A stretch of DNA of 64,000 nucleotides from a bacterium (GTDB lineage: Bacteria; Patescibacteriota; Microgenomatia; Woykebacterales; RBG-16-39-9b), in assembly GCA_030704665.1 (NCBI GenBank), contig JAUYID010000009.1, positions 586,460 through 650,459 of the forward strand. Direction: 5' to 3'. A model generated the notes under the pieces. It was not told the DNA's origin. It did not search any database and saw only the letters and a program-made list of their open reading frames with translations. Positions 10,595-19,559 of this stretch are shown here, in pieces (position 1 is the first letter of the stretch; the number at the start of each line of letters is the position of its first letter). The position numbers were made by a program, and so were the translations under genes.

Positions 10595-12604
10595 TTAATT
10601 CTCCTTTTCTGAGGCTATTTTTGCAAATAATCTTCCCAAAACACTATGTTTTCTAGTTCTTCTTTTTTCTTTTTGGCTCACACTTCTCATTATCGCCGAG
10701 GGGATCAGGAATTCCAAAGCGTTGATAAAACGGGAATTAAAGGAAGCGACCACATCCCCTAGCCGTTCTGCTTGAATGGTTGCTTCTTTCTCAGCACCAA
10801 ATTTTGTCGCTGCCTTTAGATTCAAAATGCTGTTGATGAAACCCAAATGAGTGAAGGCTTGGGGAAAATTGCCTAGGTGCTCTTTTGTTCGTGGATCAAA
10901 CATCTCAGCATAGAGGCCCAAAGGAGTAGCAAAATAAACCATCTTTTCAAGCCAAATTTTCGCTTCTTTCACCCGGCCCAAAGCAGAAAGAGTATCGATA
11001 ACCCAAAAAGTCGAGAGGAAAAAAGCACCCTCCCCTGCTTTGAGTTGGTCCAACTCGTTGCTGGTTCGATAAACAAACCACTCCCGAGTCAACCGTGCCA
11101 TGGTGCGATCCAAAGTTGAGGAAACGGTCGGGTCGGACGCTGGCAAAAATCCTACCAAAGGAATATTGAGGTTGCTGCTATCAATATTCTTTGAGCCGTA
11201 ATACTCAACGAAAGCTTGCAGATCTTTGTCAAAGCCGTTCTCGATGATGTCATGCTTGATCTCATCTCTGGTTGCTTCCCAAAACTCGAAATCTGCTTCA
11301 ATACCTATTTTTTTGGCAATCTTAATCCCCCGATCCATCCCCACCCAACACATCAATTTTGAATAAGTGTGGTCCTGATACCCATCTCTTGGCTCCCAAA
11401 TACCTGCATCCTCCTCCTTCCAACTTTCGGCACAGAGATTGACGAGATTGCCGACAAAGGTTTTCATTTCCCCACTCAGCTTTCCACCACTACTAAGAAA
11501 CAGATTAATACAGCTCAATACCTCACCGAAAACGTCAAGTTGTCTTTGCTTGTAAGCTTCGTTCCCAACTCGAACTGGTTTAGAGTTTTTGTAACCGGAG
11601 AGATGGTCCAGTTCTTTTTCAGCAAGAAGTTTTTCTCCTCGCAAACCGTACATTATTTGAATATTTTTCCCCTCTTTCAAACAAACCTTTTCTAGCCAAT
11701 TCATGAACTCCAAAGCCTCTTTCAAATAACCTAAACCCAGCAAAGCGTACATTGTAAAAGAAGCGTCCCGCAGCCAAACGTAACGATAGTCCCAATTCAA
11801 GGCTCCGCCAAGTTTCTCTGGTAACGAAGTGGTTGGGGCGGCGATTACAGCTCCGGTTGGAGCGAAAATAAGTAATTTCAAGGCCAAAGCAGAACGCAGT
11901 AGGTTGGTTTTGAAAACTCCTTCGTAGCGACAAAGACCGACCCACCATTCCCAAAAAGATCTTGTCTCCGAATAAAGATTCCGAGCAAGCTTACTGTCGA
12001 ACCTCTCCTTTTCTTCCTCCTCACCACCAAAAAACCCAACCGCGAAGTAGCCTTCTTCTCCCTCTTTTAGCTCAAACTCTGACCAAACTAAACCATTTTT
12101 TTCTTGCAACTGTCCTTTTTCAACAAAAAGAATAGTTCTTTTTTTACCACTTTTAAAAACTACTTTCTGATTTCCGATAACTATATCTGCTTTTTTCGAA
12201 GCAAAGTCAGGGGTAACTTTGATTTCCAGACGGATTCGGTGCTCCCCAACCTTAGCTTTGATTCTTCTTAAGAATTTTAAGCCGTACTCGGGGACAAGTG
12301 AACTTTGCTCCTCCTCTTTTGTCAGTGGCATAAAGTCAGTAAGGATCAACCGCCCGGAGTGATTGAAGAAATCGGTTTTGAGAATATTGGTGTTCTCTTT
12401 ATAGATCTGAGAGCTTTGGTAAAAACCAAGGGGGTGAATATCAAAATAACCCCCTTTTTTAGCATCAAGAATTTTGCAAAAGTAAGCTTCAGAATCAAAA
12501 TCCGGCAAAGCTGCCCAATCAATTGAGCCCCATTTGGAGACCAAAGCCATGGAACGGCAATTTCCAATCATGCCGTATTCTTCAAGTTTGGGATACATAT
12601 ACAA
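10595..12604 (-). CDS. Glycoside hydrolase family 15 (trehalase/glucoamylase-like)
   Basis: AAPTTSLPE, NWDYRYVWLRD, GIWE and GNFPQAFTH. Confidence 0.93.
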   Translation of the reverse strand: MYMYPKLEEYGMIGNCRSMALVSKWGSIDWAALPDFDSEAYFCKILDAKKGGYFDIHPLGFYQSSQIYKENTNILKTDFFNHSGRLILTDFMPLTKEEEQSSLVPEYGLKFLRRIKAKVGEHRIRLEIKVTPDFASKKADIVIGNQKVVFKSGKKRTILFVEKGQLQEKNGLVWSEFELKEGEEGYFAVGFFGGEEEEKERFDSKLARNLYSETRSFWEWWVGLCRYEGVFKTNLLRSALALKLLIFAPTGAVIAAPTTSLPEKLGGALNWDYRYVWLRDASFTMYALLGLGYLKEALEFMNWLEKVCLKEGKNIQIMYGLRGEKLLAEKELDHLSGYKNSKPVRVGNEAYKQRQLDVFGEVLSCINLFLSSGGKLSGEMKTFVGNLVNLCAESWKEEDAGIWEPRDGYQDHTYSKLMCWVGMDRGIKIAKKIGIEADFEFWEATRDEIKHDIIENGFDKDLQAFVEYYGSKNIDSSNLNIPLVGFLPASDPTVSSTLDRTMARLTREWFVYRTSNELDQLKAGEGAFFLSTFWVIDTLSALGRVKEAKIWLEKMVYFATPLGLYAEMFDPRTKEHLGNFPQAFTHLGFINSILNLKAATKFGAEKEATIQAERLGDVVASFNSRFINALEFLIPSAIMRSVSQKEKRRTRKHSVLGRLFAKIASEKEN

Positions 12605-12704
12605 TTAATCATAGCGGAAAATTTCTCTCTTCAAAAGCCTTGTTTTGCCGATTTTTGATCTAATTTTGCTTGCAAAAACAGCCTGGCTGAGTTATAAATT
12701 TTTA

Positions 12705-13430
12705 ATGAATCAAAAGTTCGACCCAAGAAACAAAAAATTTCTAGCCGTGAGTGCTCACCCCGACGATGCTGATTTTTATGCTGGTGGAACGATGCTGTCC
12801 TGGCTTGCTTCTGGAGCCAAAGGTTCTATCGTAATCGCGACCAACGGAGACAAAGGCAGTAGTGATAAAAATTTAACTTCGGAGAAACTAGCCGAAACGC
12901 GCAAAAAAGAGCAACTCTCGGCCAGTTCCGTTCTGGGGCTGGAACAAACTTGGTTTCTCGATTTTCCTGATGCTCATCTCGAAATAACCCAAGACTTGAA
13001 AGCAAAACTCGTCAAGATAATTCGTGAGTATAAGCCAGACGCAATTTTTACTTTTGACCCCAGTGATTTTTATTCTGTGCAACTAGGTCAGATCAACCAC
13101 CCTGACCACCGTGCAATTGGCCAAGCTGCTCTGGACGCCGCCTTTCCACAAGCACGGGATTTTCTTACTTTCCCCACAGAGGGGCAACAAGGTTTGCAAC
13201 CCCACAGCGTTACGGATTTTTTTCTCTACAATAGTGATTTGGAAAAAAACAATTTTTTTGTCGACATTAACTCTTTTTTTGAGAAAAAACTTGACCTACT
13301 CAAACTCCACAAAAGCCAAGTTGATATGCAAGAAGCAAAGGCAGAACTGGAAAAACTGAATAGCCAAGCCGGGGAGAAAATCGAAGCTAAACTAGCAGAA
13401 GGTTTTGTCCATGTCCAACTAAGTTCTTAG
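12705..13430 (+). CDS. PIG-L family deacetylase
   Basis: AHPDDAD, ATNGDKG and HPDHRA motifs. Confidence 0.9.
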   Translation: MNQKFDPRNKKFLAVSAHPDDADFYAGGTMLSWLASGAKGSIVIATNGDKGSSDKNLTSEKLAETRKKEQLSASSVLGLEQTWFLDFPDAHLEITQDLKAKLVKIIREYKPDAIFTFDPSDFYSVQLGQINHPDHRAIGQAALDAAFPQARDFLTFPTEGQQGLQPHSVTDFFLYNSDLEKNNFFVDINSFFEKKLDLLKLHKSQVDMQEAKAELEKLNSQAGEKIEAKLAEGFVHVQLSS

Positions 13431-13777
13431 TATACTTTCTTGGGGTCAGTCAGAGAGTGGAGAATACCCCCAACGACGGACATGACCAAGGCCCCGAACA
13501 AAGCAGACCAAAAGCCGCTAACAGAAAACCCAGAAACCAACCAAGCAGCAAGCCCAAACAGGGCCGCGTTGACAATTAGAGCAAAAATTCCCAGTGTCAG
13601 TAGGGTTATTGGTAGTGAAACAATCTGCAGAACTGGCTTAATCAAGGCGTTGACCACCCCAATCACGAGAGCCGCAAGGAAAAGGGTGGCAGTATCTTCA
13701 ACCTCAATTCCAGGCACAATTTTCACCACCACAAATAAAGCAAGCGCGTTGATGATCCAAGCAAGTAAAATTTTCAT
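13427..13777 (-). CDS. YvlD/phage holin superfamily IV membrane protein
   Basis: NALIKPVLQIVSLPITLLTLGIFALIVNA. Confidence 0.85.
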   Translation of the reverse strand: MKILLAWIINALALFVVVKIVPGIEVEDTATLFLAALVIGVVNALIKPVLQIVSLPITLLTLGIFALIVNAALFGLAAWLVSGFSVSGFWSALFGALVMSVVGGILHSLTDPKKVY

Positions 13778-13893
13778 CTTCCTTACTGATAACTTAACTT
13801 TCTCAAACGAACCTGTCAACTAGCAAGCACCTCTTGCCAAAATGAAAAAGTCGTTTATAATTTATAAATCGGCCCAGCAAAGAAGCGTATACA

Positions 13894-14580
13894 ATGGCAG
13901 CAGCAAAAAGAAAAACACCAAGAAGCACAACCTCTGTCCCCAGAATTCGAAAAATAAGAAAGTTTTCTTTCAATTTTTCTGACCTTCGCAACAAAACCAA
14001 AAGCGAGTACAACTCTCACGCTAGTCTTTATCCTCTTGTTATTTTCATAATTATAGTTTTAATAGTTTTAGCCGCCCTTTTTACCTTTAGACGTGGTCTT
14101 TTTCTGGCTGGAACTGTGAACGGTCAATTTGTTTCTACCCCCGAGTTCTACCAAAAGCTGGTTCAAGGTGGTGGCACCAGTACTTTTGACACTCTTACTC
14201 GAGATATTTTGATTAAACAAGAAGCAGCAAAAAAGAAACTGACCGTCAGTCAAAAAGAAGTTGATTCTCGTCTAACTACTGTAGAAAAAAACCTTGGTGG
14301 CAAAGACAATTTAAACAACGCTCTTTCCCAAAACAACCTGACTCTGGCTGAGCTAAAAAAACAACTTGAAGTCCAGCTTCTCGCGGAAAAAATTCTTGAT
14401 AAGGATCTTCAAGTCAGTGATGCCGAAGTGACCAAATATATTGCTGAGAACAAAGATGCAACCAAAAATATGAGTCGTGATGAAGTCAAAGAACAGCTTC
14501 GTACCGAAAAATTCAACACCAAATTTACTTCTTGGTACGATGAGCTGAAAAAGAACGCCAAAATAGTTAAGTATTTCTAA
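13894..14580 (+). CDS. SurA N-terminal domain/PrsA-like foldase without a PPIase domain
   Basis: TM anchor, GTVNGQFVS, LIKQEAAKKKLTVSQKEVD and C-terminal ELKKNAKI. Confidence 0.75.
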   Translation: MAAAKRKTPRSTTSVPRIRKIRKFSFNFSDLRNKTKSEYNSHASLYPLVIFIIIVLIVLAALFTFRRGLFLAGTVNGQFVSTPEFYQKLVQGGGTSTFDTLTRDILIKQEAAKKKLTVSQKEVDSRLTTVEKNLGGKDNLNNALSQNNLTLAELKKQLEVQLLAEKILDKDLQVSDAEVTKYIAENKDATKNMSRDEVKEQLRTEKFNTKFTSWYDELKKNAKIVKYF

Positions 14581-14606
14581 ACCTTTTTTCCACCAAAAAC
14601 CCTTTG

Positions 14607-15527
14607 CTAACCCTCGATTGCGTCAAAGTAAGCATAAACGTCAGCAGCTGCCTTCTGAATTGCTTTGACTCGATTTTGGTAAGTCCCTCCCCCATTGGTA
14701 AAGACAACCAGAGTAAAAGGATGACGAGGATGGGCAACAATGGCAGCGTCATGAATCTCAGCGTTGTAAGCTCCCCATTTGTGATAAACCTTGATTCCCT
14801 TGGGTATTCCAGGGGGAATTCTGTCTTCTTTGTTGGTGTTGGCCATGTAAGAAAGCAAAAGCTGACGGTGAGTTTTGCTTAGGACTTTGCCAGCATAAAG
14901 ACCATAGAGCAGGTCTGAGACGGCTCTTGTTGTCATGCGATTGTTCTCTACATCAACTTTGAGTAACCCCAAACTATCAGCTTGTCTTTGCTCAGTATCT
15001 TTGCCAATCAGATTGTTGATCAGATCCCAAGAAAGATTGTTACTTTGGTTGATCATTTGCTGAATTTGGTACTGAAGAGTATAACCACCCAAAGGTTGAT
15101 CAAGCGAGAGTTTCCCTTGTTCGACCCCTCTCAAAGCGGTCGTCGCTACCAAAACCTTGATGACGGAAGCAGCGTGCAGCGGGCTCGTTTCTTTGATACC
15201 AAATTTATCATTGATTTCGATATCGTTGATTGAAACACGAAAATCGCTACTGGGAGCTAAATCCTTTTTTAGCTTGGCTAGAAGAGCCTTTTTCTTTTCT
15301 TCATCTGGTTTTCTTGGTTCAGGTGCTTTTTTCTCAGCTGGCTGACTAGCAATCTTTTTCCCCAAAGAAGTAATTGTCTTTAGAGTTGTTTTTTGGTTTA
15401 GAAAAAAGTAAGTTCCAAAAACAAACAAAAGAAGGAAAAGAACGGTAAGCGAAATTTTAACCACTTTCCCAATGAATCTTTTCAAGAAACTTGGTTTACG
15501 GGACTTATAAACAAAGGAATAAGACAT
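14607..15527 (-). CDS. Membrane-anchored serine hydrolase (class A beta-lactamase-like/PBP)
   Basis: SxxK (ASVIK), SNN, HKWG (KTG-like) and HDAAIV. Confidence 0.85.
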   Translation of the reverse strand: MSYSFVYKSRKPSFLKRFIGKVVKISLTVLFLLLFVFGTYFFLNQKTTLKTITSLGKKIASQPAEKKAPEPRKPDEEKKKALLAKLKKDLAPSSDFRVSINDIEINDKFGIKETSPLHAASVIKVLVATTALRGVEQGKLSLDQPLGGYTLQYQIQQMINQSNNLSWDLINNLIGKDTEQRQADSLGLLKVDVENNRMTTRAVSDLLYGLYAGKVLSKTHRQLLLSYMANTNKEDRIPPGIPKGIKVYHKWGAYNAEIHDAAIVAHPRHPFTLVVFTNGGGTYQNRVKAIQKAAADVYAYFDAIEG

Positions 15528-15736
15528 TAGCAACTATTTTAACTTAAGTAAAAACTTTGCACAAAAAAAGCGCCTTTTTGGCGCATCAACTTTATCTATT
15601 ATAACACCCAGAAAATACCCAAGTCAATTTTTTTCGGTTTCGCTTTCGGTTTTTACAATTTTTGGTGGGCCAAAATCCCCGCCCTTGAAAAACAAGTTTT
15701 TTTGCATTTTTCTGCCGAAGCGTTAGAATTACCTTT

Positions 15737-16315
15737 GTGAAAATAATTTTGGCAAGCTCCTCACCCCGTCGAGTCGAGGTCATGAAAAACCTCGGTCTTG
15801 ACTTTGAAACCATTCCTTCGAGCTTTGACGAACGCGCTGTCAAAGAAGCAGATCCTTTGCGGCTGGTAAAAACTCTGGCATTGGAAAAAGCTCGAGTTGT
15901 CACCCAGGAGAATCCGGGTTCTGTAGTAATTGGGGCCGACACCATGGTCCAAATCGCCGATGAGTTTGTCGGCAAGCCAAAGGATTTAGAAGAAGCGCGT
16001 AGAATGCTGCGTAAAGCTAGTGGCCAAGAAGTCAAAGATTTTGTCGGCTTAGCCGTCATCTTTAATAATCAAGAAAAGGCAATGTCTTCCATTGGAAGAG
16101 CGAAAATGAAGTCTTTTGGAGACAAAGAAATTGACTCTTACCTCAGTCGCGTCAACCCTCTTGATAAAGCCGGTGGCTTTGCTGGAGCAGCAGCAGAAGG
16201 TGGGGAATTTTATGCAAGCTACTCTGGTGAGCCTGGACAGGAGTTTGGTTTGCCCCTGACTTCTCTCGAAAAATTCTTAACTGAATTTGGAGTCGCGGTT
16301 CCCAAGCAAGATTAA
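15737..16315 (+). CDS. maf: Maf nucleoside triphosphate pyrophosphatase
   Basis: IILASSSPRR, IGADT, GKP and DKAGGF. Confidence 0.92.
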   Translation: MKIILASSSPRRVEVMKNLGLDFETIPSSFDERAVKEADPLRLVKTLALEKARVVTQENPGSVVIGADTMVQIADEFVGKPKDLEEARRMLRKASGQEVKDFVGLAVIFNNQEKAMSSIGRAKMKSFGDKEIDSYLSRVNPLDKAGGFAGAAAEGGEFYASYSGEPGQEFGLPLTSLEKFLTEFGVAVPKQD

Positions 16316-16345
16316 CCTCTTCTCCCCCAGTGCTAAAATAGAGGT

Positions 16346-16750
16346 ATGGAAAAAACAGCTAAAACTGAATCGGAATTGAAAAAAGAACTTGATCCTGAAG
16401 TCTACCGTATTGCTCGGGAAAAAGGTACCGAAGCGCCTTTCAGCGGCAAATACACTTATTCCAAAGAAGAGGGTGTTTACAAGTGTATGGTTTGTGGAAA
16501 CCCGCTTTTTGCTTCCGCTACCAAATTTGATTCTGGTACCGGCTGGCCTAGTTTTGATAAACCAATTTCTCCCGCTTCCATCGAATATCGAGAAGATAAT
16601 GATCAGGGCATGGTTCGCATTGAAGTGATTTGTGCCCGTTGTGGATCACACTTGGGTCATGTTTTTGATGACGGGCCGACCGAAACTGGGAAACGTTACT
16701 GTTTGAATTCCGTCTGTCTAAACCTTCAGTCGAAAGAAAAAGAAGTTTAA
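16346..16750 (+). CDS. msrB: Peptide-methionine (R)-S-oxide reductase
   Basis: GTEAPF, KFDSGTGWPSF, HLGHVFDDGP and RYCLNS. Confidence 0.97.
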   Translation: MEKTAKTESELKKELDPEVYRIAREKGTEAPFSGKYTYSKEEGVYKCMVCGNPLFASATKFDSGTGWPSFDKPISPASIEYREDNDQGMVRIEVICARCGSHLGHVFDDGPTETGKRYCLNSVCLNLQSKEKEV

Positions 16751-17139
16751 AAATCGTGTAAATATTTTTCTGCAAAACCGCCGGCCTCTCTCTCTTGCTT
16801 GGCAACTTCTCCTGCAGTTTGGCGTTCCAAAATTGCGTTGCGGTGCTTGAGGATGACATGACCAATTTCGTGAGCAATGGTGTAACGCTGTTGCCGCCTG
16901 CTTTCAGAAAAAAGCTCATCACTGAGAAAAATCAAATATTTTTTCTGGATTTCTTCTCCTCGCAAAGTAAAACCCCAAGCATCTTCAAAAGAGCTAACAA
17001 ACCAGCAGTTTTTGGTGACAAAATTTTGTATCTCTTGCGGAAAGGCAAGTAAAGTCTCACAGACCAAAAACTGCATCCGTGAATTTCCGATCAGCTTTCC
17101 AGCAAATTTTTCTTTAATAATCTCGAGCTCGGCTCTCAT
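16747..17139 (-). CDS. Small HExxH zinc metallopeptidase-like protein
   Basis: YTIAHEIGHV...EREA (ImmA/IrrE-like). Confidence 0.65.
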   Translation of the reverse strand: MRAELEIIKEKFAGKLIGNSRMQFLVCETLLAFPQEIQNFVTKNCWFVSSFEDAWGFTLRGEEIQKKYLIFLSDELFSESRRQQRYTIAHEIGHVILKHRNAILERQTAGEVAKQEREAGGFAEKYLHDF

Positions 17140-17188
17140 AGAAATATATTGTAGGACTAGAGCAATAAACTGGTCAATCCTTTTTACC

Positions 17189-17216
17189 AAAAGAAAAGCG
17201 AGCCTTGCGGCTCGCT
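17189..17216 (-). terminator. Intrinsic terminator
   Basis: Minus strand AGCGAGCC-GCAA-GGCTCGCT followed by TTTCTTTT. Confidence 0.75.
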
Positions 17217-17237
17217 CCTCTTCTTAAACCTTTCATT

Positions 17238-17263
17238 GTCATTCTGAACTTGTTTCAGAATCT
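17238..17263. repeat. REP-like palindrome (half unit)
   Basis: GTCATTCTGAACTTGTTTCAGAATCT; same family as 61939 and 60269. Confidence 0.7.
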
Positions 17264-17386
17264 TTGAAAGATTTAAGGGTTTGACGACTTTGGTTGAGAA
17301 AAGCATTAAATTCCTTGGCTTTGCTTTTCTCGTCGTCATCCCTGCGGTTTACCAATTCCGCTCTCGGTCGGGACCGACCGGTTGCT

Positions 17387-17932
17387 TTAGAAGTCGGTTT
17401 CTGGCTCCTGCTCTCCATAGAACGTATCGTAAACATACGTCCCAAGATAGAAAAGCAAGAAAACCAAGGCTCGAAGTGTGTCTCGTCCTGGATCATGGAG
17501 TGTGACGTCCATTACTGGAAAAAAGACCGAGGCAGCATAGTAAAACATCGGGCCGAAAATGGCGGTGTGGTAGAGTTGGCTCGGCTTACGGATTTGCCGA
17601 GAGGAAAGGCTTCCTGATCGAAAAGCATTGAACTCTTGCAGGATAGCCAGGACTACTCCAAGCCCCAAGATCGACAGATGCCACCAAACTTCATTGTAGA
17701 AACGGTCCGCGGTGTTGTGATTTTGCACTATCACCGCCGCAAACCCTGCGTAAACTGGAAGCCCAACAGTATCTCCCAGTCGAAAGCTCCACCAACGCCG
17801 TAGATACCACCTACCCTCGAAGGCCCGCCTCAGGACCATGATGACACCGAAATCGATGACGAAAATGTAGATCGCGACAAGGAACGGGTTCCAGGACCAG
17901 ATGTCAAACCCAAGACTGGAGAACTCTTCCAC
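17387..17932 (-). CDS. Hypothetical membrane protein (GC-rich islet)
   Basis: Multiple TM segments; GGAGG upstream of the GTG start. Confidence 0.7.
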   Translation of the reverse strand: MEEFSSLGFDIWSWNPFLVAIYIFVIDFGVIMVLRRAFEGRWYLRRWWSFRLGDTVGLPVYAGFAAVIVQNHNTADRFYNEVWWHLSILGLGVVLAILQEFNAFRSGSLSSRQIRKPSQLYHTAIFGPMFYYAASVFFPVMDVTLHDPGRDTLRALVFLLFYLGTYVYDTFYGEQEPETDF

Positions 17933-18081
17933 CTCTGCACCTCCAAGTGCTCTGAAACCAAAACTGTCAATGTGCGAAACAAAAGCAACTGATTGCTGAG
18001 AAAAGCCTTCTCAATTTATCAATTGCCTTTGCAAAGGTGTTTACCGGGTCCAGAGGCGGAGATGCGTGGACCCGGCAGACG

Positions 18082-18780
18082 TTACTTCGTGAGGGTGAGC
18101 TGTTTGAAGACCATCAGCACATGCGGGTGCTGAGTGTCTGGAATCTGTGTGCCGTACTCAGTTAGGTTCACAGCTCCTTTGTACTTGGCGACTGCTTTTG
18201 TGAAGTCACCGCCGTACTGATCAACCAATTCACCAAAGTAACGTGCAGAACAGTAGACGTTTTCGAAAGGATCAAAGCGCAGAGCCGGGTCACAGACCTC
18301 CGGAAAGGAGCTGAGCTGACCCAGGCCAACGCAAAGATCCTCTCCGCAGGCAACCGGACCGGAATTGAGGATTTCCCAATTTTCGTGCGATTCTCGGATG
18401 AAGGAGCAATCCGCACTTTCTGTTCCCCGCGGTACCCAGTGGTAGAAAGAACTCTCCGTGAAGAGAAGCTCCAACCACACTTGGGCAGCATTGGGGTCCT
18501 CAAAGTCGTCCAAAACCGGGGTGATCACCTGCGAGAGCATACATCCCTGAACAACGTCTAACTGCGGGATTTGAGCCTCGATGCGAATCGGACTCTGGAC
18601 AACCGGTGCTGCTGCACCAGCCACCCTAGCATGAGGAGTCGGCACATCCTTGTGCGTGTGAGCGTACGCCCACTTTATTCCAGGCCAAACCACTGCGAAC
18701 ATGGCTAGTGTAACTAGCACGTTCGCCAGGAGCTTGTTTCCCTGCCTGGCTTGTGCCGGACGTGTCCTTGTGGTGGGCAT
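18082..18780 (-). CDS. Membrane-anchored lytic transglycosylase (SLT domain)
   Basis: Catalytic ES (FTESSF), GLGQL and DPFENV...YFGELVDQYGGDFTKAVAKY; strong SD AAAGGAGG. Confidence 0.75.
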   Translation of the reverse strand: MPTTRTRPAQARQGNKLLANVLVTLAMFAVVWPGIKWAYAHTHKDVPTPHARVAGAAAPVVQSPIRIEAQIPQLDVVQGCMLSQVITPVLDDFEDPNAAQVWLELLFTESSFYHWVPRGTESADCSFIRESHENWEILNSGPVACGEDLCVGLGQLSSFPEVCDPALRFDPFENVYCSARYFGELVDQYGGDFTKAVAKYKGAVNLTEYGTQIPDTQHPHVLMVFKQLTLTK

Positions 18781-18898
18781 AGGAAACCTCCTTTACCACC
18801 CTCCTCCAGAACGTGCCCTATAGTATAGCAATTTCGATCGTAAAAATCAAGTACTATAAGATATTTAACCGTCTCCTCTAGCCTGCTATAATTACTCA

Positions 18899-19444
18899 AT
18901 GAAAGAACCTTACAAAAATATTGTTGTTGCCGGAGACGTTGGCGCTGGAACTACTACCCTAGCCAAGGCTCTAGCCAAAGAACTTGGCTGGGAGTTTGAA
19001 TCGGCGGGAAGTTTTTTTCGTGATTACGCAATCAAAAACAGCATTCCTCTCTGGGACAAAGAATCTGTTCCTGATGAGGTCGACAAAAAAGTGGATGCGG
19101 AAATGACCGAAAGATTAAAAACTGGGGAGCACCTAGTTCTTGATACTCACTACGCTGGTTGGTTTACACGAGATGAGCCAAGCGTTTTCAAGATCTTGTT
19201 GCTTTGTGATCGACAGATTGCTACAGAGAGGATGCTGAAGAGAAAACACACTCACGAAGAAACCCCAGAAACGATTGAGAAAAGAAGACAAGGTTTGTAC
19301 GCAAAATTCAAAAAACTCTACAGTGATGAGCCCTACGAAGATCCGAAATTTTATGATTTGGTGATTGATACTGGAAAAAACTCTCCCGCCGAGACTCTCG
19401 CGATTACCCTAAAGAATTTTCACTACGTGAAAAAAGATTGGTAG
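18899..19444 (+). CDS. cmk: Cytidylate kinase (archaeal/type 2-like)
   Basis: P-loop GDVGAGTTT, SAGSFFR and FKKLY...YDLVIDT. Confidence 0.8.
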   Translation: MKEPYKNIVVAGDVGAGTTTLAKALAKELGWEFESAGSFFRDYAIKNSIPLWDKESVPDEVDKKVDAEMTERLKTGEHLVLDTHYAGWFTRDEPSVFKILLLCDRQIATERMLKRKHTHEETPETIEKRRQGLYAKFKKLYSDEPYEDPKFYDLVIDTGKNSPAETLAITLKNFHYVKKDW

Positions 19445-19447
19445 TAA

Positions 19448-19559
19448 TTACTTTAGAAAAGGTACCAAAAGGAGTGCAACGATGTTGATAACCTTAATCA
19501 TTGGGTTAATTGCCGGTCCAGCGGTGTCTTTAAGTCGCCCTAGCGACGCAAAGATACGG
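19448..19559 (-). repeat. Synonymously diverged copy of the last 27 codons plus stop of hppA, with a hairpin/antisense spacer
   Basis: 19448-19531 encodes [27 protein letters not shown], identical to 19560-19643, with 14 synonymous nt differences. Confidence 0.95.

Noticed and set aside
14607-15527. Bona fide beta-lactamase resistance gene
   Set aside because: The protein is membrane-anchored with SNN/KWG variants, more consistent with a cell-wall serine hydrolase; activity cannot be inferred.
13427-18780. Prophage suggested by the holin-family and SLT genes
   Set aside because: YvlD-type holin-family proteins are common chromosomal genes, and no capsid, terminase or integrase is nearby.
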